From assembly GCA_040954595.2 (NCBI GenBank), contig CM082594.2:6147962-6211961 (forward strand): DNA of 64,000 nucleotides, read 5' to 3'. The notes under the pieces are model-generated. The model worked only from the letters and a program-made list of their open reading frames with translations, had not been told where the DNA came from and ran no database searches. The position numbers and the translations under genes were made by a program. The DNA comes from Balanoglossus misakiensis. Its lineage: Eukaryota; Animalia; Hemichordata. Of this stretch, positions 40,327 to 54,178 are shown piece after piece. Within the stretch, counting starts at the first letter, position 1, and the number at the start of each line of letters is the position of its first letter.

Positions 40327-43300
40327 TAATGTAAGGAGCTGTGCTTCCAATGGACAAGATTGCTAATAGCAGGTTGACTATGCGCCTCACTTGCTGTTTA
40401 TGCCAGCCATTTGCAGTGGCGCGGCTATTTCTAATGCCATAAACCTGTGATACCGATCACTTCAGCTGACCTTTCACCCCAAAGCAATATACAGCCAGTA
40501 TGCATGCTAGGTACGATCAGTCTATAGATCATGCTTGTACTGTTAACGGTGTCTATGGTGTTCACAGTTGATTTGACTAACAGACCATTTTACAGAGTTA
40601 TCTGTAGCTGGTACTTTTTCAGAAAATCCAACAAAACAAAACGCATCTCTCATGACAACTACCTGACATACGGCCACCGTTTATAGTTGCCTGCTATTTT
40701 TAACAAGCGTGTTAAATTAGGGCGAGATTCGTGATGCAATAGTTTCGTTGACAAAGGGAGAATGGGAGACGGCGACGGGCAGTATTCGAAGGTGGCAACT
40801 CGAGTATCACGACTACAAAATGCACTCTTAATACACTGCAATAAATTCTTCATGGCCGGATCTAGCAACCGAACAAATATCCCGGCGGCTTTTTTGCAGA
40901 GTTGCTATAGATGCGGCTGCTTATATGCGATCGATCAGAAAATTCCACAATCACAATAGTGCCATCCTCGGCATGTACATTTCATGTTTGTCTTTCCTGC
41001 GCTTGCTCAGCCCTTTAATAGATTCTCGCCTAGTCTTTTTGTCGGAAGTCCATACAAATTTATTTCACTGACATGACTATGTTGTGTGTTTTGTTCATCA
41101 TCTGTGCTGTCCTGTACTGACAGTTTGTCTTTGCAACTGGCCATGTAAATACCGTATATTTGACCCGTGAACTTTAGAATATGGATGGGTATGATCGCGA
41201 TTATTTCAACGGCGTTGCAAAAATCGGCGAACAGTGGTTCAAGGCGCTACGTCGTTCAAAATGTCACATTCAATTTGCCCTAGTAAACTGAGCTATATAT
41301 ACTGGATAATATGATTTTCTGCCGTTAAAAGCTTTACTCCAGGCATATCATAGAGAGATACACAGAGCTGAACTTGTAGAAGCAATGTTCGTAATAATAT
41401 TAATGAATTAACAAAACCTATAGTGTGGTTATCAGCAACCGAGCCATTGAATTCGAGAACATCATAATATTTTAATACATACATATAAAAAATCCAGTAC
41501 GTTTCCTTGTACGTTGTGTATTCGCATTATCCCACGTACAATAACACAGTAATGTCATTAGGCTACAAACATGACGGAAACCAGAAAGTGTCACCAACAG
41601 ACTTGTTAAATATCGATTCCATGGTACAGAAAATGAGTTTTACATGGGAAGGTGAATTAAAAGATACAGGCCCTTTCATTATAACCCGATCATATTACAT
41701 TATTGTGAGAGTAAATCAATCTCTCGATACGACTGATCCGTTAGCCAACAATATCAGCTTTCATGAATCTTGGCTGTTGAAAAATATAAAGCATATGGTG
41801 TGTTTCTCGAGCGAGTGTGAAAGATGTTGAAAACAATAACTACCACGCCTCACCAATCAAATGGCTACATTCATCTGTCAGCAGGTCAAGTCACGTCACT
41901 CTGTCTTAGTTTTCCCAATGTCGCCTTAATTTTTACTTAAAATATCTTAGTTCCTCTACTCCTATAACACATTGAACCTGATCTCAAACTTTTCCTGACG
42001 CAGTTTTGACAAATGTGAATGTTCCAAAAATAAAACGTTACTTTTCATTCTGTATAGCAACCGCTTGAAACACTGAATATGGGTCTTTAAGATTCCTGAC
42101 AAAGAAAATCCCTTGGTTACTTTGGGAAAGCCCAGACACATTTTAACACTGTAACAGAAGATTTATCCAACCCCACATACACACGTTAGATGAATAGCGG
42201 CGGAGAAATCATGAACTGGCGCAGTGTTGCCATTGAAAAACGTTGCTTTGAGAACAAAGGGATTGACGGGAACAAAGCAGAATCCTTTGGGAGTTGTGCG
42301 GTCCTCCCAGGGATTTATTTTCACTGTATTCCAAAACATGTAGGCGGAGACCCAAATACAATCCTTCTATAGGTACACACCTTCATAAAGTGTACCATGT
42401 TTCCAAAAAATATCTCAAATACTGCGGTCATGCAACCTCTTAGCCTGCTGTCAAAATGTCAGCTCAACGGTACGGCAGTCCTGGGTGTGATATTGTAGGA
42501 TGAAGTCAGAGCCTTTTGGCACTGTTCTGGTAAATGTGGCAGGTAAATGTGGTACATTATTTGGTCTATTGTAACTTGAATAAAAGGGCGCCGTCGCCAG
42601 AGCTATGTTTATCCTGTCTACACGAGAATACTAGAAATCTTACGGCGTTTGAAGCAAAGTGTCTGGGCTGAAGCTACCACGACCATCCACAGCAGCATTA
42701 CCAATTAATCGGAATAGAAGAGCATAGCAAATCAAAACTAGCCAATAATATCAAACGATATCGACTTAAGGAAGACAAAGTTTCAATTGAAGTTGGATCA
42801 TTTATACCACAGGCTCCAGGGTTTACCATTCGTGCGTCATGTTTTCTAGACAAGCTTTAATCAAGGGCCATGCTGTTCAATATACGCTGGCAGTTAACAC
42901 TTACGTCATGGGGAATTTAAAATATCGATTTGAAGCGCTTTAAGTTTTTCAAGTCTCGGCGAACAAAATCGTTTTTCTCGTCAAAATATTCCATGGTAAA
43001 GATTGATCCAATTTTTATGAAAGATGCAAGTTTCTTAACATATCGACAAAGCGTACGGATACATATCGGCAAAGTCTGGAGAAAGGGCAAGAAAAACATT
43101 TTTTTAAACCAACCCGTGAAAATGGCAAATGAATTATTTCACTTGAAAACGTGGCACTTTGATGTGCAAGACAGCGATGCGCATGTTGATGCAAAGCTTT
43201 AAATCGATAACCTCTGAAACTCGATGGGTTCAGAAGCGCCGACTCTTTGAAAAAAAAGTTGAAAATCGCATTTCCATCACGTAGGGACTTTTTCCTAGGT

Positions 43301-45657
43301 CGATAATCGATCCTTGGGAGTTGATGTGGATGAAAGCATCGCTTGCATAAATTCTCCTGCCGATTCGAAATATATCTGGAACAACAACTTTAATGTGTTT
43401 ATTGATACTCAGGTTGTCAATAATACCATGATATGATAATCTTACGGTGATGGTCACCTTCTAATTGTCCCATTTATACACAACTGAAATCCTAGTTTGC
43501 CACCCTCCGCTACCCAGCTCATTAGTAATCCCTTGAAACGCACTAACTGGAAACTGTTTTTCGATTGGTGGATAATCTTGGCACAATTTAGCTATCACTT
43601 AAGCGCAGCAGCTTTCACCAAAAACTGTTAATATTTTATCTGGGATAAAAAAAACATAATCACAAGCTAATCTCCAAACCTTTTAATGTAGCTTTGTTTT
43701 TACGGGGGCGAAAACAAATACTGACGGTCTAATCTCTCGATTTATGTTATCCGAAAGGTTTCGATTTATTGTTGCAAGAAGTTGCACTTAGCTGTCTTCT
43801 ATCACGTTAACATATTTTGGCCAGCGTATGCAGTGTCACATCATTGAGGTTTGACAAGCCACGACCAAGGAGATCTAAATGTGTGGTCCACGCATTGTTC
43901 AAATGAACAAGCGCTTTTCCCTAGCGTAGTATTTTACATCGTATGTGCTCAAAAATCCCTGGCCAACTCAACGCCACAATGTGAGTGATCGGGGAGCGGT
44001 ACATGCGCATTGCGTTCTACACCACCGCTGCCACGCTGCTTGTATGTCAACGATCTCCCGCAAAAGGCTGTGAAGTTTTATTACTAGTAGCGGGAATGTT
44101 CACAGCTAGCGAAAATAAACATGTTCGTCCAACGCACGACAGTGATAAAATATGGGGACGCCGGTTCACCTCGGCCGTCTGGCAAACCTCTATGACGAAT
44201 GCTTTATACAAACGCTGTGTCCACTGCTCTGGGCCTGTCATGTCGGCGCGGTTTGATAAATGATGGACCTTTATTGGTAAACGAGGTATGAGTAGAGAAA
44301 CCACGATTCTCCATTAGCGTAATATGGTTTGAATTAGCCGCAGATCAACAGACGGGACTATAATTTCGATCTGGTATTTTTATCCACAACTCTCGTATTT
44401 CCAAGGCAACGTGTCTGTTTTCGCGGTTGAGGAGTGACGTAGGGCTGACTGGAGACTCCACATCCGATGCCATTGTGTGCACAGTTGAATGTACGGATCA
44501 AGCACTGTGTAAACGCCCTGCAAAAAGTACTCAAATATGGAAACGTCTTCAGTTAATAGTTGCATTCACGCTGAATTTAAGTGTGCCGTTTATGAGACTC
44601 GGAAATGTTTATTTTATGGCCAAAAAGCTATGGCGTCACAAGGAATAGCCGAGAGCCTTTCTTTTGGGACAGGGGCGTTCATCTTGCTGTCCGACCCCTA
44701 GGTTTACACTGCAGCCCAGAAGCGCGAAATGTCCCCAGATTTTAAACTGTCTATTTTGTCTTCTATAACAGCTGTGACCCGAAGTACATGAATATGCGAT
44801 TCCCTGTACGTGTGCCTGTTCGCGAGTCTTACCCTTGAACGTGACACGGTAGCCTCCGAACATTTTCATTTTCATCCTATCGGGTGTTAATCAAGTCAAG
44901 GTTGTACATGCTGTACGCGGCGCGTCACGAAGAAATCACTTCGAATTAAAGGCAGTGTCCTAAAACGATACCTGCCCGAGGTATTTACTGCTATTGTTGA
45001 GTCCAAATTGCAGCGGTTTAGTGACGGTGGCCTCCGGGGCGAAATGGCAATAATGCGGCGGAGGACTGAGACGCTGGCTGCCACACTCGTTCGTGCTGCT
45101 GGGACTCGCCAGCCAGATGAAGAGTGGTCTGCTAATCTCTGTGAATATCACGAAGACGGAAAATACAAGTTTTGAGAGGTTGGACCTCGAACTTTCGAGG
45201 GCTCTTATACTCCCTCCCCAAGGCCGACTACTTCACCCATCCGCTGTGTTCACATACACGGTTTGTCAATAAATCCACTATGTGTCATTGAGAATGAGAA
45301 GAAACGGTACAATTATCGCACAGTCGCTGTCAACTGCCAACACTTGAGGATCAAGTCATTTCTAACGCTAACATACGAAGAGAAAGTCAGTAACTTGATG
45401 CACATCTCACGTGGCAGGAATATCTTGTCTTTCATTTTGTACTCCGAAGGTTCCTACATACTTTATGTTTTATGCCCAAATCAAATTAAGGAATCTCTCA
45501 GGATCACACTAGACTTCTTAAATAATAAATAAGTCTATGACAACTGCTGAAGCTGAATACCCCATGCGGGAATATGTATTCACTTGACGAATGATCAATA
45601 CAGCATATCGATAATCAGTATGCTGAAAATATTAGGAGCCCGGGTGTACAATGTTAA

Positions 45658-46266
45658 AGGGGAAATCCGTCGTAGCTGATTTCTACATAATTTGGTAGCT
45701 TTGATGTCACTCTTTCAGAAAAAAACATATTCGCCATGTATAGGTCGCGCGATTTTTTACAAAATCTAGGGAAAGTTGGCAGAATTTCCAATATGGCGTT
45801 TACTGTAATTTGAATCATGGGAAAAAAAGCGCCAGGACCAACTTCCGCCCACCTTAGTGTGGGTGATACCATTTTCCGATTGGTGTCACTGCGTCACAAG
45901 CTAAGCGTATTTGCATATTTTCCATGGGTTATAGCTCATGAAAACTGTCAATAGATGACAAATTTTCGACTTTGCTGATGATTGTTTATCAACTGATGCA
46001 AAGAACAAACAATAGCTATGAAAATACGCCTAGTCTGTCGCCCAGTGACACCTATCGGAGAATGGTATCACCCACACCATGGTGGGCGGAAGTTGGTCCT
46101 GGCGCTTTTTTTCCCATGATTCAAATTACAGTAAACGCCATATTGGAACTTTCCCTAGATTTTATAAAAAATCGCGCGACCTATACATGGTGAATATGTT
46201 TTTTTCTGAAAGAGTGACATCAAAGCTACCAAATGATGTAGAAATCAGCTACGACGGATTTCCCCT
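45658..46266. mobile_element. Non-autonomous DNA transposon (MITE) with long terminal inverted repeats and TTAA target duplication, Kolobok-like termini
   Basis: ttaa|aggggaaatccgtcgtagctgatttctacat ... atgtagaaatcagctacgacggatttcccct|ttaa. Inverted similarity continues for about 250 bp each side. TTAA TSD with purine-purine...pyrimidine-pyrimidine ends fits Kolobok rather than piggyBac (CC...GG). No transposase. Confidence 0.85.
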
Positions 46267-46468
46267 TTAAGCATATTTTCAGAAGATTTTTTCCATTGTT
46301 TAGTAGCGTGATTTCACATGGGAGACATGTTAATAGATGTCCATATATGGAACGCCTTGTAACCAGTCTTACACAAACACCAAGTGACATGATATTATCG
46401 CAAATAGTGTATTTTGTAAAAATCCGAACCAGCAAAGATAATTGCTGACGCAAATGCTTGGTACAGAC

Positions 46469-46505
46469 CCATGTCATCTCACTTTCCATGTCATCTCACT
46501 TTCCA
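46469..46505 (+). repeat. Perfect 17-bp tandem duplication
   Basis: ccatgtcatctcacttt twice, followed by cca. Confidence 0.85.
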
Positions 46506-49463
46506 ATCGCCCATCCCCTGCAGAAGACAATGCCCATTCCTTTCGGCACCTACATGTTCAGTAGGCTTACACTAGGCTGATTATCCAGAAATTTCACAAA
46601 TAATACATTCCTGAAAATCACTCAGAGACTATATCAGACTGCGGGCGATACCTCCCTGTAAGTGAAGCTCTTACATTTACTGGCAGAAGACCGCTACCTG
46701 ACCTCGAAAACACACAATACGATCGGCACAGTGTGAGAACCACAGACTTTCAGCTTATAACGTACATTTATGTGTCACACAGGGCATTGTTTTGGTATGC
46801 ACCAGACTGCAATACGAACATGTAGAATTTTACACGATGAAACATTATAAAATCACATAAACGAATATGTGACTGCTCAATGGAAGATGCCCTATCAAAC
46901 GAATGAGAACGGCGAAGACATCTATATATTTACACTCACTGTGTGATTATTTCTGTAACCATGGGGACGTTTCTTGAATCCACAATTCGTCTGCCATATG
47001 TGCAAATACACGCATGACACAAAACAATAAATGGGAGAAAATTACACGAGCCACGCCATCATGGTTTGTTGTTGTTGAAGTTAGCCTGTCTCCGTATGCA
47101 TTCTTTTTTGCACGTTTCGTCACAGAATTACCAAACCAAAGACTGCATGCAGTGTCGGTCTCACCCGCGACACGCTGCTAATCGACGTCCCCGGAACGCG
47201 AATTTTGAACGCACCAGGGAACAAAAGAGGCCGCATGTGCGTAATTAGGGCCATAGAAATACGCGCGAACGTATGTACGCGCTCACGTGACATATTAAAT
47301 GTCTCGTTTTCGGGCATAACATCCACTATCCCACACGTATTTAAGGGGGTTTAACGCCCGTGTTATATAACGTCTCCTCCGAACGCCAGGACAACGTCCT
47401 GGCCTTTAACTTCGTCATATACAAAATAGTAAACAGATATAACAACAACCACCTGTTGCTAAAATGTTTTTAGAAGTTGGGGGGCCTCGATTCTAAAGTG
47501 GCCGCGTATATTATACTATGAAAATATAAAATATGCTGGTATCAATCCATTTATTTCTATTTTCTGTCTATGTTTAGGGACAGTCTGCTCTTATTGGCCA
47601 CAGCATAAACAGGAAAAGCCAAACCTTTTATGTTACTAGGCAACTCTCGAAATTAGTCTCATTCGGATTCATCTATTTGCCCATTTAGCTCAACCGTGGC
47701 CCAGGAATAGACTTTGAAGCGTGATGCAAATCCCACGTGCTCGTAGAAAAATAATGTATTTAGTTATGTCCCGTTTTCCAGCACAATATCTCTGCAGCAT
47801 GACGTAATCATGTCGATGTAGCACGAGTTTACATGCTCCATTAGCTGTCGCTGGATGGTTTCCGTGAACAGACCAGTCTGCCAAAAAACATCGCGTTAGC
47901 ATACCCAAACGCCCGAATACAATATAACACAATCACCGTATGCACAAAATTCAGGTCACTTAGTGATTCAGCAAGACGTCTTTTTAGGAAAATGTAAAAG
48001 GGCGTGAGTGTGTACCTGTATTTGAACTTTGAACCCAGTGATAGAGCCACAGAGCCCTGTTATTACTTGTAAATAAACAATCAAAATACGTAGATTGCAA
48101 AGCAGAGTTTGACTGAACGTTTATCTGGGGGGGATGCAAGAGAGAAGGCACAATCATGAATGTACAATCCAATAGCTCGCATACTAGCGCTGTATCATAG
48201 ACAGTATCATGTCAAAACATGTGCTCGCCTCGAGTTAGCATTGAAATGGCGTATCAACCGTACACCTATAATATCTGACAGCGCCAGACTGAAAATTGTG
48301 GTTTACCAGAGCCGACAAAATCAACAGTCAACAGAAAAGGGAAACGGTACTGCAACCGAACGCAAAGCAACAGCCATCTCTGTCGACCCGGAAATCTAAT
48401 GACTATCTGCTTATTAGGGAAAGTGCGAGGGAAAATTACGGGCCCAAAATGATCGCGAGATCTTCCTTTGTGCGTAAATGCAAGTCGTTTCAACCACAGA
48501 CCTGCTTGAGTTTAGCAAGATCCTGTGATATTTCTCCGACATATACATTTACTTTTGCCTGGTGGGTGTTTGGCGTTCTTAAAGAGCATCTAAAATGCAG
48601 TGCTCACGTCGCGAGCGGAATTGAAGCATTTGAATGCATGCACACTATTTGTTCCCACCGTCGACAATTACAACCGAAGATAATATGGGCAAACACCAAC
48701 GCACCAGGCGGCCGTGAGTGTACGGTTCACTGAATTGCTTCTACTGTTAAAAACTGACGCACCAAGTTGACTTGTGTAGTGTGTGGCGGACATGTGGTCC
48801 ACTAAATAAATGAATAGGTATTACGGTGTCGAAAGACGCAAGCGTGCGAGATACCGTATCGTTTAATAATAAATGTAATCCACCAGACGCCCAGCGGTGC
48901 ACCTTGAGATATAACATCACGGTCTGGCCAAGGAACTGGAATCGTCGAACATCTCGTCTTATCTCGGTCAACCATCGTCATCGGACAAATTAAAACACCG
49001 AATTAAAGTCAATGTCGAGCTCGACGCGCAATGTTCGTGGGGTACGGCTGGGTGGGGTGGGGGCGCGTCACTCCACTGGGATGTAATCCTCGAAGTCATC
49101 ATGTATGTGAACGGGCTACCTGTTTCAATATTGTGAACGCATAAAACCCGGGACTTTGCGGGGGCACCTCGTCGTGTCATTATGAAAATGTGGCGTACAC
49201 GACCAAAATAAACAAGCGATACTTAGCGACATAGATATGCTTGTCCACAAGTACTTGATTGTTTGGTCGAGGGCTTAGCGCTGATAGATTTTATTAACTG
49301 GGTAAGGGGCAAGGAATGAGTCTTGAACTTAAAAGCGACCAAACTTTTCTTTTATATATCTCAGGGTCCTCTTAGCTGCCACAAACGCAGGAGCGCACCG
49401 CAGATTGCGAAAGGAGGGGGACAGATATCAGCTACTGTTGCTTAAAAATAATTATGCACGTAC

Positions 49464-50148
49464 CTCGAGATACCATAGATAACTCCTGCAAGACAACGTC
49501 GTAATCGTCGCGAGTCATTAGACGTTCGTCGAAACTTTCAAAGTACATATCGGACTCCAGGTAGTTGCGTTCGTTGAACAGTTCAAGCCATATGGCATTC
49601 AGCACCATGGAGCATAGCCGGCGATTGGGGTCGTATGGGTCTTCCTCTGTGAGGAACGACACGTGTCTCCACCCATGGGATTCCAGGACGTCGGACATGA
49701 CTGACTTGATTTGCGTGTAGGAGCCCATCAGGCGTGTTAGGAAGTACTCGTCTTTATTCCTGAAGTGGTCGGACATGGTGCCGGGGGAGAGCATGGGGAT
49801 ATTCCAGTAGCGGCTGTAACGGGCGATGGGCGCCGCGGCGTAGTCGCAGGTCGGGCCGATGAATACGTGGACGGCGCCCTGCATGACATAGTCGATGGCA
49901 CGTATAGGGCCCATCACGTTGGAGCATTTGGAGTCGCTGTGGTTGACGCGGAGCTCGTGGTTCGGCAGCAACTGTCTAACTTGCTCGCTCTGCACGGCGA
50001 AATCGATGCCCGGCAGATCCATGGATAGATTTATCGGGTAGGAAGATTCCGGCTGCTCCGATGGTAGGATCACTGCGATGTCGATTGCTTCTCTCGCGTG
50101 GCATCCCGAAACCAGGGCCAAAAACACCAAGGCGAGTACCTGCACCAT
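49464..50148 (-). CDS. Module B, first coding exon: signal peptide plus N-terminal part of an atrial natriuretic peptide receptor-like (NPR1/NPR2/NPR3 family) ligand-binding domain
   Basis: Signal peptide MVQVLALVFLALVSGCHA. Motifs IAVILP, LPGIDFA, DSKCS, HVFIGPTCDYAAAPIARYSRYWNIPMLS, FRNKDEY.LTRL and HGW closely follow the NPR family pattern. Ends TCT CGA G|GTACGT, a phase-1 donor at the position of vertebrate NPR intron 1 (R|V/I-x-x-x-C). Confidence 0.93.
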
Positions 50149-50523
50149 TGCTAAAGACTCTTCAGGAACTGGTCCCCGGAACTCCGTATATGCAACAAGA
50201 ACTAGGCCAATACGAAGGTGCCTGTATCTTAACGTTTCCTCTACAGCAGCTCAGAAGACAAACGTGGATGCTGGTATTCTTTGAAGGCAACTCAGAGCAA
50301 ACCTGATTCTAACCACAGAATATGTGTGTACCGACGGACTATGCTGACCAACGGGTGTGCCTGTTATACCGTACTACTGTACGCCCTGCTGGGTGTGGAG
50401 ACGGTATATGAATGGACAAGACCCGGTAAGTTCAGACCTATCGCAACGATAACGTTCAGTCGCTCACTCAGTACTGTTGGACCTACAGCTATCGCGATCG
50501 TACCGCTCACGCAGGTCTCATCG

Positions 50524-50537
50524 ACACTAGAGGGCGC
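50524..50537 (+). promoter_or_regulatory. CTCF-like motif about 380 bp upstream of the module B ATG
   Basis: acactagagggcgc against the CTCF core CCACYAGRKGGCGC. Motif match only. Confidence 0.4.
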
Positions 50538-53500
50538 GTGAAGAGCGGCTCTCCACCCGTGACGAGGCGAACCTACACTTCAGATGGTTCGACACTCAAA
50601 ACGTCGCCACATTGGCCGACCCGTACCGTATATATTACAGAATGTGGCCAACATTGGACCTTATGCAACTTATATACCAATCAATAAATGATACCCAACT
50701 TCTGAATGCCTCCGTCGTGGCTTGTGTCGACAGGTTTATTAGGTCAATCACAATTCACATAAACACGGCAGTAGTGGGCGTGAATAACAGCTACCTGCCA
50801 CTTTTGACCTCGTATCGATCTGTTTGAGTCGTTGTATCTTAAACACAATCAACCCGCACTGATTTATCGATCTGGGTACATAGAGTGTCAGCTGTACTAC
50901 CCAACTTCTGCAGTCCTTTTCAAATTGTTTTACCATTCACCCCCGCCATATAATTTTACAAACACTTGTTGAGCACGTAGAAACACTGTCCCCCTTTTTC
51001 TGACTTAAGTGGCCGTGTCTCGACTGAGAGTGACAAAGGAACATTTGATCAACCCCTCCGCTGAAGTCAATACACGCTGGCTGATCAGTACAGGACATGC
51101 ACATTAACAACCGTTATCAGGGTCCAACATGTCACCTCGTAAGTCACCGATGACGGTATTGCCAGGGCAACGGGACGACTCGCAATCCGCAGATCTGCCG
51201 TTATCGCCAACATGCTTCACCTCAATCGGAATTTGAGCGACTTCTAAGCCCAATTCAAATTCTGCAGGCCACTTGTAAAATAGAAACAAACAGATATTCA
51301 TCCAACGCTCGCGGATAGTCATGCCACGTTGTACAGCTCATATGCACGTTGATATGCCGGGTGGCATTTTGAGGTTTGCCTGGGAATCAAAATCTTTCTA
51401 CCACGATCTTGGTGATTCTGTTGACGCGTGTTTCCAACTGCTTGTTGCAATGTCTTCGACGAAAAATATTTCGAATTTTTCGAGCGACCCTCTGCCGTAA
51501 CAATAGGTGTTTATGCCCTATTTAATATACTGCATATCCAAGCCATCTCAACGATGTATCAATATGATTGCGAATACATGCCTATACAATATAATGCAAT
51601 ATATAGCGTTGTTCAGTCAACCATGGTTCATCCTAATATGTGGTTATGCCCTGAATTTAATTAAAGTCCACCCTTACGGTGATTTATATTCTGCGTACTT
51701 CACGTTATCTTAATTATATAATAATCTGATCGCAGGCTGGAGATGCTAATATTAAAGATTCTTTACCCAAACAACTATAACTGATCACAATGGTTACACG
51801 ACAGATAGGACAGTGATGATGTATGAAGCCCGAAGGCTGTCAGATACAGGCGTCATGCTGTCGTTGAAGGGTATCAGTCTTGATGTCGACTCGGAAGTTT
51901 CAGAAATAGGGCACAGCTGAAGCTGAACAAGTTTAATCCCACCAGAGTGCGAGTCACATTCTGTTTAACGAACGCCAATTGTATCAAGAAAACGAGGGAT
52001 GGCAAGAAACAAGCCGTGGCTATTGCACATCCAGAAGTGAGGGGTTGTGGATTTTCTGCGCAATGTTTCGTAAGGCTTAAGTCACGATAGAATGGATCCT
52101 ATTTCTCGCTGTTTGGAATTTTCGAACTTTGGGGTTTTCTCGGATAGGTCAGCGCTAATTAAGCTGTGATATATCTACCGATATTCTTGATCCTGAAAAC
52201 GTTCATTTCTCAGTGCGCATGTGCACTAGATCTCAAATTGAGCGTTGTTGAAACGTCAACAGCTTCTCTGCCGTTTGCCTGCATCTTGTGCAAATCATGA
52301 TTCAAGAGCGTGCTCGCAACAACTTCAGCTTTCAAACAGATAACGATTTGAGAGGCGAGATAATAAGGACAATTATCATCGTCTTCATAGCCTTGACAAC
52401 ACGCTAAACGTAGCAGTCTAGTAGTTATCGAGAAAGGCATGCGCAAACACCGTATTATCTGGAATCTAATAATAGTCAAACTTTCATTATATTCACTCGT
52501 GAAAAGGTTTGATTTTCTTTCAGGTCGTTAGACGGCTGCTATCAACTCAACCGGAGATTTACAACACAACTCTATCTGAAACAGTGTCTTCGGCACGTAT
52601 TTCAATCCAAGCGCTTATCTAAACATCACAAATGCGGTCGTCAACCGCCACAAAGGCTCAGAACACGTACATGTACGTCTGCGCAGCTATTGTTGATAAT
52701 GATGACAATTTGGAGTGATTGATACAGATGAATGACTGGTCGCAAGACACTAGTATAGTTGATAAGATTTTTTTTCAGCTGAGCTTCGGTGTATTCTGTC
52801 TTCAACATAGGGTGGTGCATATAAATTGGGGTCACAGTAATATTTTTCCTGGAAGATGCTCAGCAGATTAAAAAACAGGCGGACGTCGATTAATGAGTTA
52901 GTTGCGCTTATCCGGCAGACCGAGGCTTACGCTGCCGATAATTGGCCAATCAAATGCTATCGAAAATAGTTTTTGTATGGTCACGTGGTCAAGTATAAAC
53001 CTAATGACGGTATTCCCTTGTGCAATGATTGGTCCGGTGTACAAAAGTTACCATCCTACGTGTGCATATCATTGTTTTGCAGTCCATCCATGGCTTTTGC
53101 CAGTCTGTTGTGGAGACTGCGAGTCTAAACTGTTACCATGGAAACGCAGAATTAGGGCGAAAGACATCTTTACTGGCTACTTTGCTACCCCTGCCCCCGG
53201 GTGATTCCACTTCATTAGTGTGGTATAAATCTCATAAGACGGAATCCTTTTGATTCTGTAAAATGTTAATATTCTTATTCTTGCGCGAGCCCGGCTTTGA
53301 AGGTTACAACAGCCCTACATATAAAAACAGAAGCCAGGGTAAACAGTAATTACAAGGTGATTGGTATATCACAGGGGTCGGGGGGTCATTCGGAATCAGG
53401 TGGACTCCACAAATGGAAGCCTGCCTATAGTGGGTATCTATGGCACGGATCAGATGTTGCACCACATGATTACAGGCTAGATCAGGGAACATATTGCAAT

Positions 53501-54120
53501 GTGAGAGCGCAGTACAATATCTACAGAGATGGGTATCTCAGAACCTTGCCCTTCTGGAATCAACTGGTAATGTAATATTAATTAATTTTTTCAAAGACTG
53601 AGATTTCATCTAAAACTTTATGAGTCGACTGACTGAAGAGTTTGGACGATTGTTTCAACGGCACGTTTTGTTTTGTTCCGGTCTGCGTGCTTAGGCACTG
53701 GATACAATGCAGAGGGATGATAGGCGTCATTATAAGTCATCATCATCACTAATGCGCGCGCGTTCTTCACACCTCTTTAGATCGGGATGTGGTTGTGTGC
53801 TCACTTATGTTTTACCGATAATACTCATAAATGTGTTTTTTCCTCCTCTCTTATTCTTATAAAGGGACAGTTTTAAATCCCTGGTTCTCGAGCCTATACA
53901 AAACAGAATGACGTTACTTGTACGTTCATGACACCAGAACGGAGGGTTAATTGTTTGTAGTTTGCCCCCGACTCACACGCAGGGTCTTCTAACTTTTCAG
54001 GGGAGTTCATGCAGAACTCTATAAATCCGATCATACACAACATCAGAACAGTCAGTGAATCTGCCAGACCTATTTTACCCGGAATTCAAAACAAGCAGTC
54101 GAGGTAATCGAATCGGATGT

Positions 54121-54178
54121 AGACAGCCAACCAGACAGACAGACAGAAAGCCAGCCAGCCAAACAGCCAGGCAGACAG
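54121..54178 (+). repeat. Degenerate (CAGA/CAGC)n tetranucleotide repeat
   Basis: agacagccaaccagacagacagacagaaagccagccagccaaacagccaggcagacag. Confidence 0.75.

Larger units (their letters stand above)
1..49463 (-). other. Probable very large intron of the NPR-like locus (begins GTACGT at 49463; acceptor not found in the window)
   Basis: A donor follows an incomplete ANF domain. No recognisable NPR exon 2, transmembrane, kinase-homology or cyclase exons, and no other convincing gene on either strand. A small divergent exon could have been missed. Confidence 0.55.

Noticed and set aside
44891-45174. Stop-free plus-strand frame of about 94 codons in a GC-richer patch
   Set aside because: No early Met, no convincing splice sites and no recognisable domain.
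45654-46270. Near-identical ORFs on opposite strands (MVSPT...YDGFPL)
   Set aside because: By-product of the MITE's inverted arms; no transposase motifs.
52210-52479. IVICLKAEVVASTLL resembling NPR exon 2 between modules A and B
   Set aside because: Preceded by CAA rather than AG, no donor, and similarity does not continue.
53297-53575. HDYRL...YNIYRDGYLRTLPFWNQL resembling a LINE ORF2 C-terminus
   Set aside because: One short motif only, with no upstream RT similarity or 3' tail repeat.
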